Shown here piece after piece: positions 49,975-62,660 of a stretch of DNA of 64,000 nt. A program made the translations under genes and the position numbers. The stretch's first letter is position 1, and the number at the start of each line of letters is the position of its first letter. A model generated the notes under the pieces. The model saw only the letters and a list, made by a program, of their open reading frames with translations, did no database searches and was not told where the DNA came from. The DNA is from Raillietiella orientalis (Eukaryota), in assembly GCA_036172245.1 (NCBI GenBank), contig JAYWIR010000054.1:372001-436000 (forward strand). Direction: 5' to 3'.

Positions 49975-52900
49975 ATGTTCCAGCAGCAGCCCTCCGCTGT
50001 ACGCGGGGTCGGCAAATGAAGTCACTGCGAAAGTCCTTGGGATGAACTGGAAGAGGACCGTTGGCGCGTCAGAGTGTGCTGGCGGTTCTCCTGAGAGCTA
50101 CCTCGATTGCTGTGAAGACGGGCAAAGCTTCCGTTTTGCGTGGTTGCACAGCAGGGCTTCCGTGCACCGCAGGGCCCAGAATAGGCAATCCCCACTGTCC
50201 GAGAGTGCTTTCAAGCAGATGACGGCCATTGTAGATCGGACGGGTTCAAGACAGACGACAACAAGACGCCAGAGCTATGTTTCCAGGCGTCAAACAAGAG
50301 AGAAAGAACGCATCGCTGGCAGCGGACATCGTCCAAAGGAAGAAAACAGGATGAATAAGAGGGAACAGGCGACGAAGAAGTCAGTGAATAAGAAGGAGAT
50401 GGATTACGGGACTCCGGCACTCAATAAAGTCCGTCTTTCATGGCTTCTTCACCAGTTCTTCCAGATGGAGTCGCAGTCCAACGGAAAGAGGCCCGCTGTT
50501 CTTGGTGGCGCTCCACCTCGAAGTTTCGGGACGACACGATGCCTCTGGCGCAACTCAGGGTCGGGGAAGCACGAGGAGGGTTGCCGAGGGTGAGTCGGCA
50601 CCTCAGCGACTCTTCCGGAGGGCTTTCCGATAGAAGCAGGGCTACCCCCAGATGATCCCAAACATTGCAGAAAGAACACTGGAGCCCAGGAGAAGGTTCC
50701 GCAACCATTCACGTCGCCATGCCTGGCGCATTTCAAGGAAGGCGCTTCCTGTGCTCCGAAAAGGGCGGCGCCGATCGCCCGCGAAGTTTCCCCGTGCAAG
50801 GAGCAGCGACCTTTCACGTTGTTGCCAGAAGGGGGTGAGTACGGACGTCCGCGGGATTGGAAACGACCTCGTGCGGTCTCCGTCGCCAGATGCAACGGCG
50901 CCATCGCTTCCTAGCCGGCCGTGAGCGTCGGGACCTCGCGCGGGGGCCAACCTTCCGTGCCGCCGCTCACGGTCCTCCTCGAATTTCAACGTCACTCCAC
51001 CTCGAAAGGATCTGCTGCTGCTCCCTGTTCCCGGCGCCAGGATGCTGAGTCCCTCCGTCTTGCTCTCCGCCGCTCGCACGCGCTTCGGAGGCGAAAGGAA
51101 GCTCCTGCTGGAGGGCAGCAGCGGAGACGCTCCAGACGAGGCCCTGTCGCCTCGGCACGCGCGGAGGCATTCCTGCGGTCTGTCCTCTGGCACCAACTCG
51201 CGCTGCCCCCCACTCACGCCGCACCGAATGCCGCAACCTAGCAGCTCGTGCTGCTCGCATGCGTGGCAGGTCGAAGGATCTCTCGAGCGACACTCCCTGG
51301 GTGGACAGAGCGAGCCTACCCGGCCGCCACATCGAGGGATCAGCAGGGTTTTCGGAGTTGCCCGAAAGCGTTTTCTCACATACTGAATGCGGACAGCATG
51401 TACCCCAGGGTGCTTCCCACGCGTGCTCGTGCCTGCCTGGCACCAGAGGGAGTGCAGGTGACTCTGCGGAACTTCTGAAAGTTGCTCGGAGCAGCTCCCT
51501 CTTTGACCGGTCGACTCCGTCTCCGGAGCGAAGGTGATAGCCTAGAGTGCTCTTTCGCCTTCGCCTCAATTCACCAACAGCACGGTACGCGATGGAGAAC
51601 TCCATTTTCACTTCCAGACGGTCACTGCGTCCCTGCTTCCGTGAAGGACTTTGCCAGGTTGATGCCAAACTACTCCAGTCAAAGGAGGCATCGGTCTTCC
51701 AGCTTGCGCCGGCGCTGCTCCTAAATACGCCCATGAAGGTCATACATACGCATAACGCACCCATTCCTGGGTGAACACCCTCCCTGCAGTGAAATTCGAG
51801 CCCGCGACGCTTGGTGGTGCCACGCGTGCAGATCGAAACCACACGGACGCCAACGCCGGGTTTCATTCGGAAAAAGCGGATGCACTGGGGGATTCCTCTC
51901 GAACCACTCCTTCGATGGCTGGCGTCCTCCTCTGTGCAGTTTGAACGCGCGAGACGGGTGGAGTAAAGCCTTGAGGACGCATGTGCACCTTCTTCTCTCA
52001 ACGTTCCCACAGGCCATCCGGATCGTTCACTTTGCGTCCTCGCCAGATGTGGGCGCATCCGCAATGGAAAGCTTCCTGGAGAAAGCGCCGTTGCGAACGC
52101 CCCATTCGTACAACCGTGTCGAAACGTTGCACAGGCGGTGGTCAGTTCATAACGGCCGGTCACGTTCTTCTGCTACGGGTATCGCGTTTTCCTTCCCGTG
52201 TCCACGCGATTCCCGAAACCTCGCCGAATGGTTGTTGCGCTGCGACTAGAGAGACAGAGCCGACACTTGGAGGCGCTCGTTTCCTGGAACGGGAAGCGCA
52301 TTCCCAATAGACGGGAGGGGGGGATTGGATCTGCGCAGCCATCTTGGAATTGGGGCGCTTCCAGCAGGAGTCCGGCAACGCTCCTTCAGTGCGCTTCAGC
52401 GAGCGTTTGTCTTTCGCGCCTTTGACGTCGGCCGTTGCCCACTGCCTGGCCTCGCAGAAGTCCCCGATCTCCAACTCGTTGCGGAGAGCAATGAACCGAC
52501 TCGTTCTTGCTGCTTCTCAGAAACTGAAAGGAGGCAAACATCTCACGGAGAGCTCAATCAGAACGAGGAATCCACTGTCCGTTTATTGACCTTCGTGCGT
52601 CCTTGTCGTCCACAGCACTCGTTCAGCGCTCTCCCGGCGATCTTTCGAGAGGAATGAACGACGAACGGATGAAGATGAAGGATTGATCCTAATGGCACCC
52701 CAAGGATTTTAAAGACGCATCAAGCGAACTTCCGACTTTGCTCCCTGGTGGTGCAATTTTCCTGCAGTCAGAGCTGCTCCCGGTGGCTTCCCAAATGGCT
52801 GTTGTTGCCGGATGTCGCTGCAGTCACGAGCTGGTATCTCTGAAACAATCAGCGATTGGGCAAGCATGTGGTTTCGGACATTCTACGGAGGACACTAGAA

Positions 52901-54797
52901 TGAATCCTTCTGCGTGCATCTGTCAGGATCCTCTTCCATCGGGAATCCTGCTCGTCAAGCTGTGGAACGTGCCTGGAGCTCCCATCCACGGTTCACGTGG
53001 CACCCGGGCCATCGCAGTGCCTCCGCGAAGAGACGATTTGCGTCTCCAAAATGACATCACGGCATCATGAATAATACTGGGTCGCTATCCTCTTATACTC
53101 AACGCCTGTACCTTATGAATGTACATTCGCAAGAATGCATCCCGCTAGGTTGCACACTCCCGTGACCCATCGTTTTCGAGCCCGCGGCCTTTGACCGAAC
53201 GTTCCCGCAAGCGACCGAAGGCAGCACAATCCATGAAGAGAAGAGAATTTCCTGTAAGAGGGAGTGGCATACTTCCAGGAAAATAATTCCAGTTCCCGGT
53301 ATTCATCGCGACGTTGTAATTGGTCCACGATGTTGGGCGTGGAGTTTGCTCTGCATCGCGATGGAACTTCTTTTTATTCCGTTTTATTGGAGAGCCACCT
53401 GCGGAGACTGCCTGCACCCCTTGTGTTCACGGAAGGCAACCCATGGCACGGCGTAGGGTGCGAAAGAGCTCCCACAGCGCTGTGGCCGCACAGCGTCTCG
53501 CGCTCCAACGTTCAAACGACAAGACAACGACAGAGGTCAACCCACCGATGGATTCCCACATCCCCACCCACGTGGTGGGTGGGCATGCACACCGCGTGGT
53601 GAGCGCCGCAGTCCTCCCTGCCGAGGAAACCGACCTCGGCATGTTAAGAAGGAACGTCGGTGAATAACGCACTTGCAAAGATCGTTCGACGCGTCTCCAA
53701 GGAAAACTGATCGCAAGAGGTTGGTCAGAACTTGACACGAGCAGCAAATGGTGCCGAGCAATCACGTCATCTTCGCATCGTCTCCTTCTTTGGTGACAAT
53801 GACGATGATTGTCAGCATCCATTTCGCTGCAAAAATCTCACCAGCTTGATATTCCGGAACGCACGCTGCAGGAACCCTTCTTCCGGTCCATTACGAAGAG
53901 CTGCAGCGGCGGTGCCTCAGATGAAGACATGTTTTCACCTGCTTCCCCGAATCTGGGTGGCGACAGCGGCATGGTGTCGTCCCGAAACACCGAATAGGCG
54001 CTCCAGAAAGGAAACTATGCCTTTTTCTCTCGGCGACGAGGACTGCGTCTTCATCCGGAAGAATCGGTGAAGGAGCCAAGAAGGTTAGAATTCATTGAGC
54101 GCCGGAACTTCCCCACTTATCTCTTTCTTATTCGATGACTTCTGCATCGCCTCTTCTTTCTTATTCATACCCCTTTCCACCTTTGTCGGAAGTGTGTTGC
54201 CATTCTTCCTTGCTGTTTAGACTGTCGCGAACGTTTTCTGCAACCTTATGGTCGTCATAGGCTCAAGGATGGTTCGATCGAGAACGGTCAGCATCCGTTT
54301 GGAATCACCCTCGGGGGATGCAGCTTGCCTGTTCTTGCCCCTGCGGTAGACTGACTCGCTGACCTGGAACCACGCGAGACGCAATTCGCCGCAACGCAGA
54401 GAACGCCCTCATCGCCGACGGACGAGCGCTTGGGTGTAGTGCGAACAGACGCTGACACGCCGACAGCGCTCTTCCTGTTGATCCCAAAGGCTTTTCCCAA
54501 GGTCTCCTTTCCCCAGCGGGAGATGGATAGTCCGGACAGCAGCCGTGTGACGTCTCTTCTCGATGCCCTCTGAAGGCTTCACACTAAGAGCGTCAGTCGT
54601 TTCGGAAGCCCCGTGGAGTCCTTTCTGAGGTCTTCCCCGTTGCAGGAAGACAGGGACCAATGCGAAGAAGGTGATTGGCCAGGGATTGCGTGCCGTTACA
54701 GCTGAATCATGTAGCAACCTGAGAGCGTGGCCCCCGATGTGGTTTTAGATTTGCTTTTCTATTTCTTTGAGCAGTAAAGGAGTCGCTTCTTTATAGT

Positions 54798-55771
54798 TCA
54801 CAGCTCTGTCAGGCGTGGTTCCCTCAGTAAAGCTATCCATCTCTTCAGTGTTTTCCATTGGCAAGCTGCAAATTCTTTTCCTGTCGGGAGATGGTGGCGA
54901 GTTCTACGATGAACAGCTTCCTATTCTTCGTCTGATGATTGTTCGTAAATGAATGCCGACATAGATGAATTGTGAGATGACAATTCATTTATGTCTTGGA
55001 TTCCTTTTCCGAGGCCATCTAGAGATTCCCACTCGTTCCCGACAAATTCCTTTGGATATGTCTGTGAGGTTCCGCGCCGGTAGGGCCGTCTGGAAGGTGA
55101 AAAGCGAAACGTCCTCAGCTTCGCTTTCAGGTTGCAACATGCCAATGCCCTTAGAGGTTGCTGGAAGATTTCCACTTGGAAATGGTCACTCAGAGGGTAT
55201 CCCGGACTTTCGCTCTTCAAAGGATATCCTATGGGTGTGGGTCTAATGAGATGTCACGAGGTTCGAAAACTTCTTCACCTTTGGAAGAAGTGGGTGTGGT
55301 GAAGAAACCACAAAAGATTTCACTCCTTCGTGTGCTTACATAAGGTCGATACCTGAATGTGGACGGTAATCGTATGCTCCATGATTCCTTCATTGAGCTT
55401 GCCGGAGATGATGTTCTTGCTGCAAAGCATTCAGCAGTTTCTGGTAAATCCGGTAACATTTCAAGTGATCTAAGGTAGTCAGGGTGTTTTCCAAAGGTTT
55501 CTGTAATAGAGAGCTCACTGGGAATGGCATGGCTTTTGAAGAATGGGATGTAATCGGCATAGTGGGGTGTTCTGCAGAAGCGATCGGACTGCGTTCTGTA
55601 GGCAAATTTAAATGTGAAGACGCACTGGGAGCATAGGACCTGAGAATTGCAGTGGGACCTGCTGCGGCATCTCCGCTAAGAGTTGCTTTGCAATCACTAT
55701 GGTATGGTGGATTAATATAGGAGGTTTGCAACTGCCTTTCCTTACCTTGGTCCAGCTTTTCGGTGAGACAT
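54798..55771 (-). pseudogene. Subtype B pseudogene, mirror copy
   Basis: Reverse complement of 24790-25763. Confidence 0.6.
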
Positions 55772-56565
55772 CGCGGCAAAAGTAGGAGGAAGAAAGAAGG
55801 AAACGCTAGCGATAAAGCAGTAATGAAGAAGGTCTTTTTGGAAACCACGCATTTGGTTTGCAAAGTGTCCTCTTGGATGATGGAGTTCGCCTTTACGACA
55901 GCAACGCCTTTCCACGTGCGCATGTGGCGCCGCATATGTGCTGCCAAAGGGATTCCGACGCCATCATGAACGGCGATGATGATGTGGTGGAGGACGGCCA
56001 GAGTGCCTTCTCTGCTTATCGCCGAGGGACGGAGCTGTCCTTGGTAAGCAGCGTCGCCTCCTGGCGCTTCGGGAAGGAGAGCATTTCGTTGCTTCCCGCG
56101 GGCTGGCTGTGTCCTGGACGCTGCGTGAGGGCTGCGGGGACCTCGGTGAACAGTAACGGGGAGGACTGTCTGCTGGTGTGGAAGGAGCGGATTTTCATAC
56201 CAACGGCTTTCCTAACTGCCAGTCGCGTTCTCCTTCCCTGAGCCCCAGCTCCTGAGCACGCAGTACTCCCGGCCCAAGGCTCGGTGGCTTCTCAGGACGC
56301 GGGCGGAGGGAGCGCTTCTCATGGGCATGAGAAGCGACGATGTGATTGACATGTGCGCTGGTATCAAGAAAGAAGCCTTGATGCACGGGAACCTCCGTCG
56401 TCACGGATTGACCCCGTTCACGTCGCGGCAACCTCAGGCACCGACGCACTCCTGCACTATCGAAACTCCCACTGCAAACGACGGAGTGATCTGCAGGGAA
56501 TTTCCGGCACACCTGATGCGCCAAGGGCCCTATGCCTATTCACACCAAAAGCTTTCTTAATTGAT

Positions 56566-57406
56566 TTATTGATTCGTTCTTCGTTTTTTCAAATTTTTGA
56601 CGAGATGTGCTCTGTAATCTCGGGTATTAGTTCGCGGAAGTCTTTTCATTGTGTGGTACCACTTCCACAACATCAAAGCTGTATACATGGTTTTGACGAT
56701 CGTAAGGAAATTCGTGTGCACTCTCAGGTCCTCCAGGGACTCCTCGAACAAAATCGAATCGAAAAGATTTTCCTCCAGTAATGTGTACAAGTGTCCGATG
56801 GTCTCATAGCCCTTGTCTCTGAGCATCTGGCAAAATCTTGAGTCGATTCCTGGAATACTTCTTACGGTTAGGTTAGGAAATGCCTGTTCCTTGAAGTCGT
56901 GCAATCTGGACACCACTATGTCTGGCTTGAATGGAGGTGGGAGAAGCAACGTCGACGCGTGCCTCTGTATGCTATCTATTCTTCTTGCGCAGCGTACTAT
57001 TTCAACGCTGTCATCCTCCACGAATGCTTCCGGAAGGGTGGCTTGGGATGCCAGCCTCATGGGAGGAGGTGTAGCCAGGACCATATCAACATGAGATCTC
57101 GAAGGAGGAGGATTATGAATTCTGATTGAAGGGTTCCCTTGGACTAAGTGTGGGACCAAGGATGCTCCGGGTGACGGTTTAACGACTCTAGGGGTCGGAT
57201 CATCGGGTTCAAAGTGGAGCGCACGCCGTACTGGAGAGCCACGATGGTGTACACCACGATGGGGTACATCACGATGAGTAGGACTGGATAGAACACTGGG
57301 TGCACCACGAGTTCCAGGGGGTGAAGAATAATCAAGAGCACTATGGAATGGTGGATTAGCATCGGACATTCGCACAGACCCTTTCATACCGTCTTCGGGG
57401 ACCCAT
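56566..57406 (-). CDS. BAF-like domain protein subtype D, mirror copy
   Basis: Reverse complement of 23155-23995; a few N-terminal substitutions, BAF-like domain identical in translation. Confidence 0.82.
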
Positions 57407-60400
57407 AGCTGCCAAGGTGAGTAAGTAAGAGGAAGGAGGAAGCGAACAGTTCCGATAGAGCAGTGCTGAAGATCGTCTCCTTGGAAACCAAAACAATTGA
57501 GTCCTCCGACTGAGCACTTAAACAACGGCGCACACCCTTCCCAAAGCAACGACTTTCCCTGTGCTCAAACAGCACTGCATCTATGCTGCTGGAGGACTCA
57601 GGAGCCGATCCAGAAGGCGACGATGATGACGTGAGGAGAAAAAGGATATGGCACCGTAGGGGGAGGATAATCCCTCTCCTCATCGTGTGAGGACTGGGCT
57701 GTGCTACGATATTAGCAACGTCAACTGCTGCCACTTCGGGGTAAACATTTTCCTTCTGCACTAATCCGTCCATCGGTCATCAGCACGGACGGGAAGCCGG
57801 GTGCAAAAAATGCAGGCAATGAAGATAGAACGAGAGAGGTCTCGCAACGACGCCCAGGTGCAGCATCCCGCACAGTCCCGCTTTCGAAGGCGGCGGTGCG
57901 GCGGTGCCTGAGGTTGCTGCCGCGACATAAACGCAGATCCTGACGCCGTCGGGTAGCTAGCGAGCACGCGGGAGCCGGAAACCCTGGTGGTCGCACGAAC
58001 GGCATCCGCACGCGAGGACCAGGAGCTGCTGTGGACACCGACAGCCTGCTGCGAACACGCTTTCCGGTCCGCTCCCTGCCTCGACACAACCGGAGTGACG
58101 TCATTTTCAGCAGGGTGGCGTGCCAATGCGGTGATCGGAGGACGCGCCTTTGGGAGAGGGGAATACGGTGTTAGGCGACACACACATGCTCCAGGAAGAC
58201 CTACGATAGGCGTAGGCACGGACATCAGGCGGGAAGAGGAGACCCTCCGTGTTCTCACTGGCTCGAGTGCAGGGTACAGCGGAGACGACGACAGCCAGGC
58301 TGCGAAGACGATGGTCAACGCCTTGCTCGGTGGCTGTGCACCCGGGCGCGCTGCTTCCCAAAAAACAGGGAAACAAAATCCGACGCTCGTCCGCACGATC
58401 CCCGACGGCTTGTGCGCCTCGCCACACGACGCCTTTTTATCGCTGATGACAAGTCCGAGGGAGCTGGACTCCGTGCCAGCGGGCCGTCGGCGGAAGGCGA
58501 GGAGTAAGGATTTCCAGACCTGTCCGTAGAGGCACGTGGCAACCTGTCGAAAGCGAGCTCTGAGCGATCACCTCTCCCTGACGAATGAGCCTGTCGCCCG
58601 ATATGCGACGCCGATTGACCTGCGTTCCTTGCGAGGATGCAAAGCACTCACGGGGGAGACGGGATTCCACGGGGGATATGTCCAAAGAGCAGTGACGGTT
58701 CGGCATGCTGGGTGAGTTGGACGCCTGTCCGCATGTTGGCGCCAGCATCCGTGAACCAGCATCGCACCCTCCTCTCTTAAGCAGCCGACCCTCGCACACG
58801 CCGCAGAGCCCGCCTAACCACCTCGCGCCTAAGATGGCTTTCCCCAATCGACGGAGCTGGAGACCGAAATCATACCCACACCCTATCCTTCGAGGCAGCG
58901 ACCGAGCAGGAAAGTCTCTCCTTATTCTGTGGGTGCGATTCGCCGGCGATCCTTAGGTGCAACGACGCGCAGAGCGATGCGCACCAGAGGTGAACCCCAC
59001 TTTCCACACTTGACCTCGCGCTGCACGTGAAGTAGCTCCGCACGACAAGCAACGCCCTCGGTCGACCTAGTGTCCTCCCGATGACCTCAGAGAGAAGGAA
59101 ACCGTGGTGCGCCCACGCAGCGCTTCCTGCGAACGAGAACGGTCTTTCGGAAGACGGAGCGCGGTCCCTACTCACTCCTCTTGCAATTTGCTCCGTGCTC
59201 CTCCTGCATGTCACCAGCGATGTCGAACGAAGACGGCAGCCTGGATCCAGGAGCGTGAACCGTGAACTGCTCAGATGAGAGCGCTCCCCAGACCTCGTCC
59301 GAGTATCGCGTAGCAGTGCGTCGCCTGGAAGCGGGCCCTCAACGGAAGTGCCAACACGAAAAGACTCGGTTTCCAGGAGGCAGAGCGCTTCCCCGAACGA
59401 GAAAACTTCTGCTTCGTGCAGCCGTCAGTGTGACGCGAGGCATTCCCTTTCCGGAATGCTGAGCAACGCAGAGAAGGACGCTTGCGCGACCCGCCAGCCT
59501 CGATCTGGGACGTGAATGTTGGGAGCAACCCTTTTAACACTCAGAGACTTGAAGCAACACCTCCTCATCACCCGCAGGCGATATCTTCCCAGGCATCTCC
59601 TACTTGCTAACTATCGACGGTGCATTTCTTCAGCTGGTGACAAGAGCGTCTTTGCTGCCCTGGTTCACATTTCAGCATTCGTCCTACCCTTCGTGGCAAC
59701 GGAAATCGAGGGCCAACGCATACCGAGCTGCGTGGTGCACATCTCACGCGTGAATGCGCAGGAAGGTGGAAGGGCGTGCGCGTGCGACAAACCGCAGGAA
59801 GGCGAGGCAGCTCATGATGGCCCCTGCGCAACGGGGACCGCTGCTTCCGCGTGAGACGGAGCAGTCCGTTTGAAACGTCGACGAGATGCAGGAAACCCCC
59901 GACTCCCTGTGTTTGCTTCTGATCCAATGGACTGGGTGATGCCTCGAAGAAGCGAAATCGTGTTCATCCCAGCAGAACAGAGTGCTGCAGGGCGGGAGAG
60001 ACCACTGAAGAGATCCCACCTGCTGGTTTTCTCTTGTATGGAGACGTCTTTCTTGACCCCAGCGCTCGTAGCAATCGCCGATGTGGACGGAGGAGCGCTT
60101 AGGGTCCCTCATGAGAAGCATGGTGTTTGCTGCCAAAGGGGTAGACACGTACGCACTTCACTTTCAATTTTAAGCGGTGCTCCCGTTTCTTCCCCTAGGA
60201 GTGGTTTCGCTCCCTTCCTATGAAGGCAACGAGCGTTGGAGCTTTTAAGGTGCAGGCACACGAGCTGGGCTTGAGGGAAAGAGACCGCGGTTTGCAGCCA
60301 GGAAACCAGCGCTTTCCATACCAGCGGATACAGAGGGCAAGAGAGCAGACCAGCCTCCAAGCCCTCCACCATGGTTCTCGTAGCCCTCACGCTACGTCCA

Positions 60401-60714
60401 GAACACTGCTGGCCTGTCAGAGGGAACGAAATGCTCTCTTCCCTCAGGTGGGAAGAGATGATGCTGCTCCCGAAGGAGAGCACCGCGCTCCCTTGACAAG
60501 CAGAGCGTGCACCCTGGCCGTCCTTCCCCACGTCGCTCTGGATGGCCATTGAATCCGCCCGGCCTCACACATTCAGCGCCCGATGAGCACGCGCAAAGAC
60601 GGGCGCCAGCATCCAAACGGACACTTGGAAAACCAAATGTGTGGTTTCCAAGACCTTCTCCATCATTGCTCTATTTAAAGTGTCTCCTTCCTTCATACGT
60701 CTACTTTTACCGTT

Positions 60715-62069
60715 ATGGCTTTTCGAAAGGCTGGACGAGGGTGAGTAAAGGCAGGTGCAAATCTCCTATATTAATCCTCCATCTTCCAGTAAAGCGTTAC
60801 CTGAGAAAAACTTGGAAAGTTTCATGCCATTGAGTCTCCCATGCCGCCCTAGAGGTACCACTCAACGCTCCCATCGAAGTGCATCTTCTTCCTCCAAGAG
60901 ATTACGCACTGAACGGAACGTACTGAAGGAATCCGCATTTCCACAGTTCACCTAAGAAATTGACTTTCCTTCCGTTGAGTCCTGAATTCCCTGAATCGAT
61001 TTCCTCAATCTCTGTCGAATCTCCTCCATCCACCGCTGAGAAAGAAAGAAGAAATGGCGCGAAGTTGCAAACCTCTTCTATTAATTCTCCATCTTCCAAT
61101 GAAGTCTCTCCAGCAGAACGCTTAAGAACTTCCGTTTCATTCAGTCCCCCACGCCGCTCTGGAAGGACCACTGAACGCCCCATCTCGAGGTACATTATCT
61201 TCATCCAATGGGATGAGTACTCCAAAAAAATCAAAAGAAATCCCTAGATTCCAGAGTTCACGTGAAAAGTTGTCCTTCGTTTCATCCTTACGTTCATCGA
61301 TGTCCCCAGCCTCTCTTCTCCAACAGCCGGTCCTTAGGATCCAAGAAAAAAAAGCGCCCAGGCCGGCCCCCAATCCATTACGCGTAAAATTCCATTCCAT
61401 CCCTCCAAATCCTCAGTCACCAAAGATGAAACAATTCGCAGTATTGTGCACTTTTCCGTACCTTTTCTCTCATCCTCCGAGGCTCAACAAGCTCCACATC
61501 CTGCTGAGCCTTCTTTCCCGTTACCTGCTCGGCATCCTTCGTGGTTAAGTGCTCCTGCTGCTGGTGCATCTACTGCAGAATCCCGTAGCTTGATCTCCAG
61601 TACATGCGACTTCCTACGCTATCCTACACAGTGCGCATTGTGTTCTGACATACCCAACGACCCCTGGAGCAATGTGCTCCGTGAGATGTCCAGGAAGGCT
61701 TCTGATTATTATGGCGTCCTCAATCCACCGTTTGAGGACAGTACTGAAGTGGAGAAGAAAAGCATTCGAAGAAAACCAGATAGCACATTCGTGATTGAAG
61801 ACGCTCCTCCCGACGCAATTCCAATTGAGTTGGCGCACTCGAAACAACCAGAATTTAAGCGCGAAGAGTCCATTGGATCCAGAAAATTTTAAAAATGAAT
61901 CCATGGAGGCAAAGCAAGACGTTGCATCCGCCAGCTGCTGACAGGATCAGGAGCTGCAGCATCGATGTGGTTATCATCCGAGAGATAAATCGCTTTAGAA
62001 ATGGATATTGACATCCCGCTGGCGATGTGCACCACAAGAAAGAGCCTCTGGCACTGGTCAGAAAATTGA
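60715..62069 (+). pseudogene. Subtype C pseudogene, mirror copy
   Basis: ATG 60715, intron 60741-60789 (GTGAGT...TTCCAG, 49 nt); reverse complement of 18492-19846. Confidence 0.55.
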
Positions 62070-62660
62070 AAAAAAAAAGAAATACCGAAAGAAAAATCCA
62101 GTGCCACGCCCAGAGTTTGCCGCATGATTCAGCAGTGGCAGCCCGCAATCACCTTCTTAGCAGTGTTCCCTGTCTTCCTCCAGCGGCCAAGACCTCAGAA
62201 AGGACTCCACGGTGCTTCCGACACGACGGGCGCTCTTCGTGTGAAGCTTTCAGAGGGCATCGAGAAGGGACGTCACACCGCTGCTGTCCCGACTATCCAT
62301 CTCCCGCTGGGGAAAGGAGACCTTGGGAAAAGTCTTTGGGGTCAACTGGAAGAGGGCCGTTGGAGTGTCAGCGTGCGTTCGCACTTCTGAGCGCCAGCCC
62401 GATTGCGGTGAGGGCGCTGTCCGCGTGGGCACAGCAGACTCCAGGGGAACGTTCTGCACCCTCTCCTCACCGTTTGCCTAGCGCATCTGCAGTGAGGGGC
62501 TCCGTGTGCATCAAAAACGGCGGCGCCGATCGCTCGCGTAATCCCCGCACTCCAGGAGTGGCGCGTCACGCTGCTACCAGAAGGACCAGAGCCATGGCGT
62601 CCGTGGGAAACGATGGACGGACGATGTCTTTGCGTGGAACCTTCTTGTTTTCCGCTCGGC

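Noticed and set aside
50967..52163. Long ORFs such as 50967-52163, 36543-37586 and 28695-29594 as genes
   Set aside because: No recognisable motifs, Arg/Ser/Pro-rich composition typical of GC-rich non-coding DNA, and ORF lengths are not preserved between mirror copies.
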